From: Halovivax sp.
GTDB taxonomy: Archaea; Halobacteriota; Halobacteria; Halobacteriales; Natrialbaceae
Length of the DNA stretch: 64,000 nt
Strand: one strand, 5' to 3'
Assembly: GCF_007119345.1 (NCBI RefSeq)
Contig: NZ_SKPV01000010.1
Below, piece after piece: positions 41,776 through 51,671 of the stretch. Under the pieces are notes generated by a model. That model was not told where the DNA came from. It made no database searches and saw only the letters and a list, made by a program, of their open reading frames with translations. The position numbers were made by a program, and so were the translations under genes. Positions within the stretch are counted from its first letter, which is position 1, and each line of letters starts with the position of its first letter.

Positions 41776-42561
41776 TCACTCGCCGCCGAACTCCGGATCA
41801 CGGTCCTCGAGTCGCGCCTCGAATCCCTCCCGGTAATCGGCGGTATCGTCGAGTTCCAGTCCGAGCGTCCGCTCGTACTCTAGCCCGCGTTCCAGCGGCG
41901 TGTCGAGCGCCGCGTTCAACGCCCGCTTTCCGTTTCGGAGCCCGAGCGGGGCGTTCTCGCAGAGCCGATCGGCGAGGGCTCGCGTCCGGTCGTCGACCGC
42001 CTCGGGATCGCAGACCTCGTGGACGAGACCGATACGGTGGGCCTCCTCCGGATCGACGTAGTCCGCGGTCAGGACGAGTTCTTTGGCCTTCGATAGCCCG
42101 ATCAACCGCGGAAGTCGTTGGGTCCCGCCGCCGTGGGGAAAGGTCCCGAGGCTGGTCTCGAGCAGACCGTACTTCGCGTCGCTCCCGATGACGCGGAGGT
42201 CACACGGTAGCGTCAGTTCGAACGCGCCGGCCGGCGCCGCCCCCTTGATGCCGGCGACGACCGGCTGGCGCGCTCGCTCGATCGACGACAGCAGCGTCGG
42301 GAACGCCTCGTCGTCGAAACTCGTCGACTCGACCCGTTTACGCATCATCTCCAGGTCCATCCCCGCGGAGAACACCGGCCCCTCGCCGAGCAGCGTGATC
42401 GCCCAGATGTCGTCGTCGGCGTCGAGTCGACGGAAGGCCTCGGTCAGGTCCTTCATGAGGTCGACGGTCATCGCGTTTCGTTTCCCCGGCCGCGACAGGT
42501 AGACGTCAGCCCGTCGACCCTCGCGATCGATCTTGGCCAGGCCGCTACCGACCGTTTGCAT
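41776..42561 (-). CDS. enoyl-CoA hydratase/isomerase
   Basis: KRNA, FSAGMDL, ELTLPCDLR, GGGTQRLPRLIG and YREG motifs. Confidence 0.93.
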   Translation of the reverse strand: MQTVGSGLAKIDREGRRADVYLSRPGKRNAMTVDLMKDLTEAFRRLDADDDIWAITLLGEGPVFSAGMDLEMMRKRVESTSFDDEAFPTLLSSIERARQPVVAGIKGAAPAGAFELTLPCDLRVIGSDAKYGLLETSLGTFPHGGGTQRLPRLIGLSKAKELVLTADYVDPEEAHRIGLVHEVCDPEAVDDRTRALADRLCENAPLGLRNGKRALNAALDTPLERGLEYERTLGLELDDTADYREGFEARLEDRDPEFGGE

Positions 42562-42686
42562 GGGAATGCGTTCCAGCTACCGGTACTTAGTCCCCTGCGT
42601 CGGGGAAACGACCGACGAATTTCCCGGACGCACGACCGGAGCGATTCGTCGGCGAGCCGGCGTTCGCCCCCGCGGGTTCGTGCGGG

Positions 42687-43514
42687 TCACGTCGAATCGC
42701 GGGCCAACGCATCGATGACGCGGCAGGCGTTCTTCGAGAACGCCCGCCAGAGTTTGTCTTCCGAGACGTCGAGGGTGAGGATCTCCATGACCGCGACGTT
42801 CGGGTGACTCGCGGGCGCCCCGCTCCCGAAGAACACGCGATCCGGATGCTCCAGCAGCGCGCGCTCGAGTTGTTCCCGGTACCGGACGAAGCTGGTGTCG
42901 AGGTAACAGTCGTCGAAGCGTTCGAGCAGGTCGATCATCTCGTCCATGTGGTCGCGGTTCAGCGGGTGGCCGCCGAAGTGGCCCACGACGACCGGAAACG
43001 AACGCTCGAGAACGGTCTCCGCCAGAACGGACGGGGGCGCGTCGACTCCGCCGCTGACGATGACCGGGAGGTCGACGTCCTCGAGCGCGACGAGCACGTC
43101 CTCGTCGGGGAGGCCGTCGATCGCGGGATCCAGCGTGAACCCGTGAAACCGGTCGTCGTAGGCGTATTGCTCGACGTCGGCCGGCGTCGTGTGCCACTCC
43201 CGTCGTCGAGAGACGGCGTTGCGAACGCGGCTCGCGCGGCCGGTTGCCAGCGACCGCGGGCCGTTTATGCGCGCGAAGGCGACGAACGGCCGGTCGACGC
43301 TCAGCCTCGCCACGCCGTTGTTCGCCTGCAAGTGGCTCGTCTCCCGGAGGGGGTCCGGGCTGACGACCGCGCGAACGATCCCGGCCTGGTGCATCTCCCG
43401 CTCGAGGCGTTCGGGCGAGATCGGGTGACCGCGATCCCGGATTCCCGGCCCCTCTTCGGGCGTCAACCGCGCGTTGACGTCCACCACCCGAAACCCGTGT
43501 TCCAGCTCCAGCAT
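42687..43514 (-). CDS. amidohydrolase-2 family protein
   Basis: EMHQAGI, HFGG, YLDTS and RVFFGSGAP motifs. Confidence 0.85.
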   Translation of the reverse strand: MLELEHGFRVVDVNARLTPEEGPGIRDRGHPISPERLEREMHQAGIVRAVVSPDPLRETSHLQANNGVARLSVDRPFVAFARINGPRSLATGRASRVRNAVSRRREWHTTPADVEQYAYDDRFHGFTLDPAIDGLPDEDVLVALEDVDLPVIVSGGVDAPPSVLAETVLERSFPVVVGHFGGHPLNRDHMDEMIDLLERFDDCYLDTSFVRYREQLERALLEHPDRVFFGSGAPASHPNVAVMEILTLDVSEDKLWRAFSKNACRVIDALARDST

Positions 43515-43794
43515 CTGTGCACCCGTAGCGACCGGACCCATATTGTGCTACCGGCCTCGTCCCGATAGACGCCGCCCGCGGGTCCGCTCCGACGGGCGGC
43601 GAAGGCGCCGGCGAATCGGGAGTCGGCGATCGATCGTGGACGGGTCACTCGAGACCGCGGATGGCCACCGAGACGAGCGACCGACCGTCGGGAATCGCAG
43701 CGATCGATGCGGAAGCGAGCGCCGGCGGTCGGGCCCGCAGGGGGTCGTCCCGGTGCGTTAACGGTTAGCAATCGCCAGACGGAGCGAACGCCTA

Positions 43795-43813
43795 GGGAAA
43801 CAGTTATATAGAA
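43795..43813 (+). promoter_or_regulatory. thermosome promoter (purine-rich BRE + TTATATA + GAA)
   Basis: gggaaacagTTATATAgaa; TATA at 43804-43810, about 40 nt before the ATG. Confidence 0.6.
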
Positions 43814-43845
43814 GTGCTGGTGATACATCTACTGAGGATTCAATC

Positions 43846-45423
43846 ATGGCACAACAGCGACGCATGGGTGGACAGCCGATGTTCATCCTCAGCGAGGACA
43901 GTCAGCGGACCGAGGGCCGAGACGCCCAGTCGTCGAACATCATGGCCGGGAAGGCCGTCGCCGAAGCCGTACGGACGACGCTCGGTCCCCGCGGGATGGA
44001 CAAGATGCTCGTCGACTCCAGCGGCGAGGTCGTCATCACCAACGACGGCGCGACCATCCTCAACGAGATGGACATCGAGCACCCCGCCGCCCAGATGATC
44101 GTCGAGGTCGCCGACACCCAGGAGGAAGAAGTCGGCGACGGTACGACGACGGCGGCGGTCATCGCGGGGAACCTTCTGGCCGAAGCCGAGGACCTGCTCG
44201 ATCAGGACGTCCACGCGACGACGATCGTCGAAGGCTACCACGAGGCCGCCCGCATCGCCCTCGAAGCGATCGACGAGCAAGTGCTCGAGGCTGACGTCGA
44301 CGAGGAGCTCCTCCGTCAGGTCGCAGAATCCAGCATGACCGGGAAGGGCACCGGCGGTCTCACCCCCGCCCAGCTCGCCGAGACCGTCGTCAGGGCGATC
44401 GACCACGTCGCCGACGACGACGGCGTGCGCCGGGACGACGTCTCCCTCTACACGCAGATCGGCGCCTCCACCAGCGCGACCGACCTGATCGAGGGTATCG
44501 TCATCGACGAGGAGCCAGCCCACGAGGCCATGCCGTCGACCGTCGAGGACGCGGACATCGCGATTCTCGACGTCGCCCTCGAGGTCCGCACCGGCGAGAT
44601 CGACGCCGAGTACTCGATCGACTCGATCGACCAGCTCAACGCCGCCCTCGACCACGAAGAGCAGGAGCTTCGGGGCTACGCCGAGGAGATCGTCGACTCC
44701 GGCGCCGACGTCGTCTTCACCACCGCCGACGTCGACGACCGCGTCGCGTCGTTCCTCGCTAACGAGGGCGTCCTCGTCTTCGCGGACCTGAAGAAGAAGG
44801 ACGCCCGCAAGATCGCGTCCGCGACCGGGGCGAAGCGCGTCGGCGCGCTCGCCGACCTGACCGCGGACGACTTCGGTCACGCCGACCGCGTGCGGACCGA
44901 TACCTTCGGCGACGACGAACTCGCGTTCGTCGAGGGCGGCGCGGCCGCCGAAGCCGTCACCGTCTTCGTCCGCGGCGGCACCGACCACGTCGTCGACGAA
45001 CTCGAGCGCGCGGTCGGCGACGCCCTGGACGTCGTCGCCACGGCCCGCGACTCCGGCGAAGTCGTCCCCGGCGCCGGCGCCAGCGAGATCGCCATCGCGG
45101 ACAAGATCCGCGCCGAGGCCGCCGGCATCGAGGGCCGCAAGCAGCTCGCGGTCACCGCCTTCGCCGACGCGATCGACGTCGTCCCGCGCACGCTCGCCGC
45201 AAACACCGGCCGCGACCCGATCGACGCGCTCGTCGACCTGCGCGCCGCCCACGAGGCCGAGGGTCGCGCCGGTCTGATCACCGACGGCGAGACCGTCACC
45301 ATCGACGATCCCGTCGACTTCGGCGTCGTCGACCCCGCCGACGTCAAGCGCGAAGCGATCGAGAGCGCGGCCGAGGCCGCGACGATGATCGCCCGCATCG
45401 ACGACGTCATCGCCGCCGAGTAG
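43846..45423 (+). CDS. cct3: thermosome (group II chaperonin) subunit, third/cct3 type
   Basis: [26 protein letters not shown] and VPGAGASE motifs; no GGM tail. Subtype judged from the N-terminus. Confidence 0.9.
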   Translation: MAQQRRMGGQPMFILSEDSQRTEGRDAQSSNIMAGKAVAEAVRTTLGPRGMDKMLVDSSGEVVITNDGATILNEMDIEHPAAQMIVEVADTQEEEVGDGTTTAAVIAGNLLAEAEDLLDQDVHATTIVEGYHEAARIALEAIDEQVLEADVDEELLRQVAESSMTGKGTGGLTPAQLAETVVRAIDHVADDDGVRRDDVSLYTQIGASTSATDLIEGIVIDEEPAHEAMPSTVEDADIAILDVALEVRTGEIDAEYSIDSIDQLNAALDHEEQELRGYAEEIVDSGADVVFTTADVDDRVASFLANEGVLVFADLKKKDARKIASATGAKRVGALADLTADDFGHADRVRTDTFGDDELAFVEGGAAAEAVTVFVRGGTDHVVDELERAVGDALDVVATARDSGEVVPGAGASEIAIADKIRAEAAGIEGRKQLAVTAFADAIDVVPRTLAANTGRDPIDALVDLRAAHEAEGRAGLITDGETVTIDDPVDFGVVDPADVKREAIESAAEAATMIARIDDVIAAE

Positions 45424-45548
45424 GACGGATCCGTCCGTCACCGTTCCTCCCGAACCGTCCCGGTTTCGAGCGGTCGACCTCGCCGAAGCCGCTCGCCGCG
45501 CCGGGGAGCCCCGACGGTCACCGGTACCATTTGTTCACACGTGTCAAT

Positions 45549-45962
45549 ATGTCCCGGGATGACGAACGAGTGGACGCGAGACCGGACGCGGCGAATCGAA
45601 ACCGCCGGCGTCAGGGCGGCGATGTTGAATCTCGAAACGGGATACTGACCTTCGAAACGGGATACTTACCTTCGAAACGGGAACGTACCACACCCGAGGG
45701 GACCGTCGACCGACGATGCGGTGGTGCCGACGATCGTGGTGACGGTCGCGGCAGCCGTCGGCGACGAACCGTTCCGACTGGAATCGCTCGCGTCGACGAT
45801 CGATCCGGACGCTCTGGAATCGCTGGTAGCACACCGTGTACGCCGGTCGGAGGCCGACGACCGCGTTTGCTCGCATTCGCCGACGCGGAGCGTACGATTA
45901 CCGCGAGCGGCGACGGCTACGTCCTGGTCGACCCCGCGTCCGAGACCGGTCGGTTCGATTGA
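45549..45962 (+). pseudogene. fragmented HalOD1-like gene
   Basis: HalOD1-like pieces lie in different frames: VVPTIVVTVAAAVGDEPFRLESLASTIDPDALESLV and LAFADAERTITASGDGYVLV; 20-bp tandem repeat in the 5' part. Confidence 0.65.
45632..45682. repeat. 20-bp tandem repeat, about 2.5 copies
   Basis: tcgaaacggga at 45632, 45652 and 45672. Confidence 0.85.
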
Positions 45963-46721
45963 TCAGCGTCCCTCGAAGACCACGGGATCTCCCGCGACCA
46001 GGCCGAACGCGTCGTCGCCTCGTCCCCGGTTGGCGGCGAGTTCGACGTTGCCGTGGCTGCCGACCACCACCACTCGTTCGCCCGGTTCGACCGCCGCGAA
46101 CGTCTCTCCGACCGGGACCCGCGCGCCGTCGACGCGAACACGTTCGCGGTCCGCGAGAAACGAGCCCGGCACGTTCGTGATCACGTTTCCGAAGGCGTCG
46201 ACGACCAGTACCTCCCCGCGAGCCCGGTCCTCGCTGACGTCCGCCTTCGGGAGCCGCAATTCGACCGGCTCTTCCGCCGGCGTCAGCCGATCGAGGTTCC
46301 CGAGCTCGTCACGATCGGCGTCGTGGACGAGCGCCGCGGTCGGCGCGAAGACGTCCCGGCCGTGGAACGTCGCGCTCTCGGCGTCGGCGTCGTCGACGAC
46401 GAACCACTCGACCGGACCGTCACCGGACAGCGAACGTCCCACCGGTCCCAACACCCCGTTGTCGGGCCCCACGAGGACGTGCTCGCCCGACCGGCCCACC
46501 AGGGCGTCGCGGTCCGTCCCGACGCCCGGATCCACCACGACGAGGTGGACCGCCGGCGGAAAGTGCGGAAGCACCTCCCGCAGCCAGAAGGCTGCCGCCC
46601 GAACGTCCTGTCGAGGCAGGTCGTGCGCGACGTCGACGAGCCTCGCGTCCGTCCGCTGCAGGATGACGCCCTTCATCGCCGCGGGGTACGGCGACCCGAA
46701 ATCGGACGTGAGCGTGATCAT
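45963..46721 (-). CDS. SAM hydroxide adenosyltransferase (DUF62; chlorinase/fluorinase family)
   Basis: ITLTSDFG, VVDPGVGT, GPDNG, TFHGRDVFAP and DAFGNVITN motifs. Confidence 0.94.
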   Translation of the reverse strand: MITLTSDFGSPYPAAMKGVILQRTDARLVDVAHDLPRQDVRAAAFWLREVLPHFPPAVHLVVVDPGVGTDRDALVGRSGEHVLVGPDNGVLGPVGRSLSGDGPVEWFVVDDADAESATFHGRDVFAPTAALVHDADRDELGNLDRLTPAEEPVELRLPKADVSEDRARGEVLVVDAFGNVITNVPGSFLADRERVRVDGARVPVGETFAAVEPGERVVVVGSHGNVELAANRGRGDDAFGLVAGDPVVFEGR

Positions 46722-46825
46722 GGTGAGACGACACGGACGCGTCGACTAATCGTCGTCGGTCCGGGACGGTTCCGATCGACCGCCGCATCCGTGCCGACGC
46801 GGGCGACGGGTTCTCCTAGACGCAC

Positions 46826-46926
46826 GGGCAACTCAGTCGTCGGAGCCGAGTGAGGGCGGCTCAGACGTCGGAGCCGAGTGAAGGAAACGTAGTCGCCGGA
46901 ACCGAGCGAGGGCAACTCAGTCGTCG
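46826..46926. repeat. 28-bp tandem repeat, about 3.6 copies, overlapping the stop codon of the adjacent gene
   Basis: gggcaactcagtcgtcggagccgagtga-like units at 46826, 46854, 46882 and 46910. Confidence 0.85.
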
Positions 46927-47507
46927 ACGAGCTCGCGCGCGTTGTGTCGCCACGTACGGACGTGCAGGACGTTCAGATCGAGGACCGACGCGACTTCGCC
47001 GGCGTGGATCGTCGCCAACCGCTCTGCGGAACCGACCCCCGCCTCCGCGAGTCGGTCGGCGTTCGCTCGGCTGACGCCCGTCACGGCCGTCACCGGCGTC
47101 GGTTTCGGGTACGGTCGCTCATCGGGTTCGTCTCGCCCGATCGTGCTCGAACGTTCGCGAGCGGCCTCGAAGCCTTGCCAGTCTTCGCCGGCGCTGGCGG
47201 CGATCCACTCCCGCTCGGCGTCGCCGAGACCGGCGACCGTCGCCGACCGGCGGTCGAGATCGCCGTCCGCGTCGAACGACCACGGCAGCGAGAATCGGCG
47301 CCTGAGTCGGTCGGCCACGGACTCCTCCAGCCCGTCGTCGAGCAGCATCCGGTAGGAGTAATCCTTCTCGACGACGCCCGCCGGGTCGATCCCGGCGTCC
47401 TCGAGGGTCGCCGCATCCACCTCGGCCTCCTCGAGGGCCGACAGCTCGTCCGAGTCGAGCTCGCGGACCGGTTGTCCCACCTCTTCGACGACGTCTTTCT
47501 CGCTCAC
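46917..47507 (-). CDS. conserved haloarchaeal protein with C-terminal HhH motif
   Basis: SYRMLLDDG...LRRRFSLPWSF...DLDRRS; VTAVTGVSRANADRLAEAG; GTG start is approximate. Confidence 0.78.
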   Translation of the reverse strand: MSEKDVVEEVGQPVRELDSDELSALEEAEVDAATLEDAGIDPAGVVEKDYSYRMLLDDGLEESVADRLRRRFSLPWSFDADGDLDRRSATVAGLGDAEREWIAASAGEDWQGFEAARERSSTIGRDEPDERPYPKPTPVTAVTGVSRANADRLAEAGVGSAERLATIHAGEVASVLDLNVLHVRTWRHNARELVDD

Positions 47508-47708
47508 GCCATCACCCTGAGTTATCTGAAGGTGGAAGTCGGCCGTCTTGAACGTTGCCCTCCCGGTACCGATTCCGAGAATCGTGAGACGGCTTTTCGC
47601 GACACGCATTTCACGCCGTCGCATAGTCCGCGTCACGGAACCCGAACCCGCTCGACCGATCCGTCACGGATCGCCACCTTAACGACGCTCTCACGGAAAC
47701 TCCGACGC

Positions 47709-48563
47709 ATGGTACGAGACGATATCGACACGATCGGCGTCGTCGGCGCAGGCACGATGGGCGCCGGCATCGCCCAGGTCGCCGCCACCGCCGGCTACGA
47801 CGTCGTCATGCGGGACGTCGAGGAGTCGTTCGTCGAGTCCGGCTTCGACTCGATCGAGGACAGCCTCGACCGATTCGCCGGGAAGGACGCGCTGGAGGAC
47901 GATCCCGCGACGATCCGCGAGCGGATCGCGGGCACGACCGACTACGACGACCTCGCCGACTGCGACGCGGTCGTCGAGGCGGTGATCGAAAACCTGGACG
48001 TGAAGAAGGACGTGTTCCAGGAGCTCGAGCGCGTCTGTGACGACGACGTCCTCCTCGCGACGAACACGAGCACCCTCTCGATCACCTCGATCGCCGCGCC
48101 CCTCGACCGTCCCGAGCGGGTCGTCGGCCTCCACTTCATGAATCCGGTCCCGATCATGGAGGGCGTCGAGGTCGTCGTCGGCGAGAAGACGACCGACGAC
48201 GTCGTCGCGCTCGCCCACGACCTCGCCGAGGAGCTGGGCAAGACCACCTGGGAGTCCGACGACAAGCCGGGCTTCGTCACCAACCGGATCCTGATGCCCT
48301 GGATCAACGAGGGAATCCGCGCATACGACGAAGGCGTCGCCTCGAAGGAAGACATCGACCGCGGCATGACGCTCGGGACCAACGTCCCCATGGGCCCGCT
48401 CACGCTGGCCGACCACATCGGACTCGACGTCTGTCTGCACGCCTCCGAAACGCTCCACGAGGAGCTCGGCGACCGGTACAAACCCGCCTACCTCCTCAAG
48501 CGGAAGGTCGAGGCGGGCGACCTCGGCAAGAAGTCGGGCGAAGGCTTCTACGAGCACGATTGA
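47709..48563 (+). CDS. 3-hydroxyacyl-CoA dehydrogenase
   Basis: GAGTMGAGIAQ, EAVIE, TNTS, GLHFMNP, PGFVTNR, PMGPL and GKKSGEGFY motifs. Confidence 0.96.
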   Translation: MVRDDIDTIGVVGAGTMGAGIAQVAATAGYDVVMRDVEESFVESGFDSIEDSLDRFAGKDALEDDPATIRERIAGTTDYDDLADCDAVVEAVIENLDVKKDVFQELERVCDDDVLLATNTSTLSITSIAAPLDRPERVVGLHFMNPVPIMEGVEVVVGEKTTDDVVALAHDLAEELGKTTWESDDKPGFVTNRILMPWINEGIRAYDEGVASKEDIDRGMTLGTNVPMGPLTLADHIGLDVCLHASETLHEELGDRYKPAYLLKRKVEAGDLGKKSGEGFYEHD

Positions 48564-48620
48564 GGCACAGACCGGACGTAGAGTGATAGATTATTTGCCA
48601 ATTTCGGCGGTCCGCCAGCA

Positions 48621-49119
48621 GTGCGCCTCCGCTATCACCGATACAAGATCGTCGCCGGGGTCCTCTGGAGCGCCGGGGCACTCCTCGCCGGCGGCCACGC
48701 CGTGACTCGCTACGAGAGGCACCAAAACCGCCGGTTCTGGCACTTCGAGATCGTCAACGAGTCGACCGAGGCCGTCACGCTAGGGGTGACGGTCGAGAGC
48801 GACGATACCGTTCTCGCGCGCACGGAACGCCTCGTACCGGCCACGGACGGCGAATCACGGCGCGAGATCCACGACCGCTAAATGAAAGATTCCGCCGAGT
48901 GGGACGTCCGTGCCGAACTCGGCGACCGACGACTCGAGCTCACGTCCCCGGAGATCATAGACCCACGACTCGAGCTCACGTCCCCGGAGATCATCGACCG
49001 ACTCGACGGGTCGGCGCGGGCGACAGATTGTGCACGCGTCTCGATCGTGTTGGCCGAGGTCGGGGCGCTCGAGAGTCGAGTCGGGCCATCCACCGTCCGT
49101 CGACGCTCCAACGGCCGGG
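48621..49119 (+). pseudogene. membrane-anchored/secreted protein apparently split by an in-frame TAA at 48879-48881
   Basis: ORFs 48621-48881 and 48882 onward are in the same frame (CGC TAA ATG); N-terminal TM helix and beta-rich domain; in-frame 36-bp duplication (RLELTSPEIID). The 3' end is uncertain. Confidence 0.45.
48930..49000. repeat. 36-bp tandem duplication
   Basis: cgactcgagctcacgtccccggagatcat at 48930 and 48966. Confidence 0.88.
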
Positions 49120-50178
49120 TCAGCGGTGGAGCGGATGTTCGGCCATCTCCGCGCGGAGGTCGGCGAGCTCCGCCCGGTCGACGCCCTCGTCGAACCGCCG
49201 GATGAGCGCGTACACCTCCTCCCGGGAGACCTTGAGGTCGCCGTCGCGCACTCCGTCCGACGGCCGGCGGCGCAGCTCGCGGATCGTCCCGACCGCCAGG
49301 AGGTACGGAATCGCCCACGCCGCGAGCCGGTTACCGTGACGCTCGGGAAGCAGTTCCAGGTACCGCTGGGCGTCGTCCAGGTAGTCGGCGGCGTGGTCGG
49401 CCAGTCGGCGCACGACCCGCGCCACGGCGAGGCGGTTCGACTCCGCGGCGATGTCCGACGGGTCGATCCCTTCGTCGGCGAGCCACGCCGCCGGGAGGTA
49501 GACGTCGCCCCTGTCGCGGTAATCGGACGCGGCGTCTTTCGCGACGTTGACGAGCTGGAGGAGCATGGAGAACGAGCGCGCGTTCGCCGCGAGTGCGCGC
49601 GCCCTCCACTCCTCGACGTCGCGGGTCACCAGCTCGGTCACGAGCGTGCCGACGGTCCCGGCGACGTACCAGCAGTACTCTTCTAACTCCGCGATCGTGC
49701 GGAGCCTGACGGAACCGTCGTCCGCGTACCGATCCGCGAACATCGCCATCCCGCCGACGAGTTCCCGAATCGGCGGCCGCATCCGCTCGCGCGGTTCCCG
49801 GGCGAGCGCTTCGAACGTTCGGATCACCCGCGGACTCTCGGCCACCGAAACCCAGTCGGGCGATCGCTTCCCGTCGGGGTCGGTCGGAATCAGGGGAGAA
49901 ACCGCGGTCAGAAAGTCCGCACCGTCGTAGCCGTCCGTCGGATCGAGGACCCTGTCGTAGCGCGCTAGCGCGGCCGCGCGCTCAGAAAGCGAGAGGTGGC
50001 CGGCGTCCTCGATCGTATCGGCGACGCGACAGCAGAGGTAGCCGACGCAGACGTGACTCGCCATCGGTTCGGCGAGACGATCGACCGTGATCGCGAAGGT
50101 GCGCGACACGTCGGCCATCGCCGACCGGCACCAGTCGAGGTCGGCCGAGCGGGGGCCGGTCGGTTCCGAGGGCATCAT
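49120..50178 (-). CDS. squalene/phytoene synthase family protein
   Basis: VSRTF, YLCCRVADTIED, YCWYVAGTVG, LQLVNVAKD and VYLP motifs. Confidence 0.93.
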   Translation of the reverse strand: MMPSEPTGPRSADLDWCRSAMADVSRTFAITVDRLAEPMASHVCVGYLCCRVADTIEDAGHLSLSERAAALARYDRVLDPTDGYDGADFLTAVSPLIPTDPDGKRSPDWVSVAESPRVIRTFEALAREPRERMRPPIRELVGGMAMFADRYADDGSVRLRTIAELEEYCWYVAGTVGTLVTELVTRDVEEWRARALAANARSFSMLLQLVNVAKDAASDYRDRGDVYLPAAWLADEGIDPSDIAAESNRLAVARVVRRLADHAADYLDDAQRYLELLPERHGNRLAAWAIPYLLAVGTIRELRRRPSDGVRDGDLKVSREEVYALIRRFDEGVDRAELADLRAEMAEHPLHR

Positions 50179-50301
50179 CCAGTACCCGGGGGTACGGCGG
50201 CCGATACAAAAAAGGCGCGGCCGACGGTAGCGAGGGGGCGCCGCGGCGGGAGACGTCTCCGAATGCGAACAGTAAAGGGTCGACCGACCGTTCTTCCGCG
50301 C

Positions 50302-51444
50302 ATGGATTTCACGCTCTCGCCCGAACAGCGCCAGATTCGGGAGATGGTCGCCGAATTCGTCGACGAGGAGGTGGTGCCCGTCGCCGACGAGATCGATCGC
50401 GAGGACGAGTTCCCCCGCGACCTGGTCGCCGAGATGGGCGAACTCGGACTGATGGGGATGCCGTTCCCGGAGGAGTACGGCGGCGCCGGCCTCGACTATC
50501 ACTCGTACGCGATCGGCCTGGAGGAGATCTCCCGGGGTTCCGGCGGGCTCGGCACCGTCGTCGCGGCCCACACCTCGCTGGCGGGGAACATGCTCTACGA
50601 GTTCGGCGACGAGAGCCAGAAGGAGACCTACCTGACGCCGGTGGCCGAGGGGACGGACGTCGGCGCGTTCGCTCTTTCGGAGCCCCAGGCCGGCAGCGAC
50701 GTCCCCGCGATGGACACCCGCGCCGAGCGCGACGGGGACGAGTACGTCCTGAACGGAAACAAGCTCTGGATCTCGAACGGCTCGGTCGCCGAGACCGTGA
50801 TCGTCTTCGCGAAGACCGACCCCGAGGCCGGCAACCGCGGCATCTCCTCGTTCGTCGTGCGTCCCGGGGAGGACGACGGCTTCTCGGTCGAGGGGACCGA
50901 GCACAAACTCGGCGACAAGGGCTGTCCGACTGCCGAACTCCGGTTTTCCGACCTCCGTATCCCCGAAGATCGCCGGCTCGGCGAGGAGGGTCGCGGCTTC
51001 GTCCAGGCGCTGAAGACGCTTAACGGCGGCCGGATCACCATCGCCGCCCGCGGCGTTGGCATCGCCCGAGCCGCGTTCGAGGCCGCCCGCGACTACGCCA
51101 AAGAGCGAGAACAGTTCGGCCAGCCCATCGGCGAGTTCCAGGCGATCAAGCACAAGCTCGCGGACATGGACACCGAGATCCAGGCCGCGAAGCTCCTGAT
51201 GCACAGAGCCGCCGACAACAAGATCCGCGGGGAAGACTACATCACGGAGGCCGCACAGGCGAAACTCTACGCGAGCGAGGTCTCGCGCGAGGTGGCCAAC
51301 GAGGGGATCCAGATCCACGGCGGCTACGGCTACACGACGGACTTCCCCGCCGAGCGGTTCTACCGCGACGCGAAGCTCAACGAGATCTACGAGGGCACCA
51401 GCGAAGTCCTGCGGAACACGATCGGCGATCGATTGCTCGAGTGA
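50302..51444 (+). CDS. acyl-CoA dehydrogenase
   Basis: FALSEPQAGSD, KLWISNG, GRITIAA, QIHGGYGY and IYEGTSEV motifs. Confidence 0.97.
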   Translation: MDFTLSPEQRQIREMVAEFVDEEVVPVADEIDREDEFPRDLVAEMGELGLMGMPFPEEYGGAGLDYHSYAIGLEEISRGSGGLGTVVAAHTSLAGNMLYEFGDESQKETYLTPVAEGTDVGAFALSEPQAGSDVPAMDTRAERDGDEYVLNGNKLWISNGSVAETVIVFAKTDPEAGNRGISSFVVRPGEDDGFSVEGTEHKLGDKGCPTAELRFSDLRIPEDRRLGEEGRGFVQALKTLNGGRITIAARGVGIARAAFEAARDYAKEREQFGQPIGEFQAIKHKLADMDTEIQAAKLLMHRAADNKIRGEDYITEAAQAKLYASEVSREVANEGIQIHGGYGYTTDFPAERFYRDAKLNEIYEGTSEVLRNTIGDRLLE

Positions 51445-51671
51445 CGGGTCGCGAGACCGGTCGCGAACCTACCGTGATCCGGCGAGGGAGCGTCGACCGG
51501 TGATCCAGCGGGTGACCGTCGACTGGTGGCGCGTTCGACGAACGCCTGCTCAAGTGATAAGCCGAACGACGGCGTACGTCCGTTCGAACGGAGGAATCTG
51601 ACCGTCGAATTCGGTCGAAACGCGATCGCATACATCAACACTCATAACGTTCCCGAAACTACACCGGTTCA

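Noticed and set aside
49120..51318. 732-aa ORF as a squalene synthase fusion (similar extended starts at 13337, 31703, 34256, 46944)
   Set aside because: The N-terminal extensions overlap neighbouring genes or intergenic DNA; true starts were placed at downstream ATG/GTG codons
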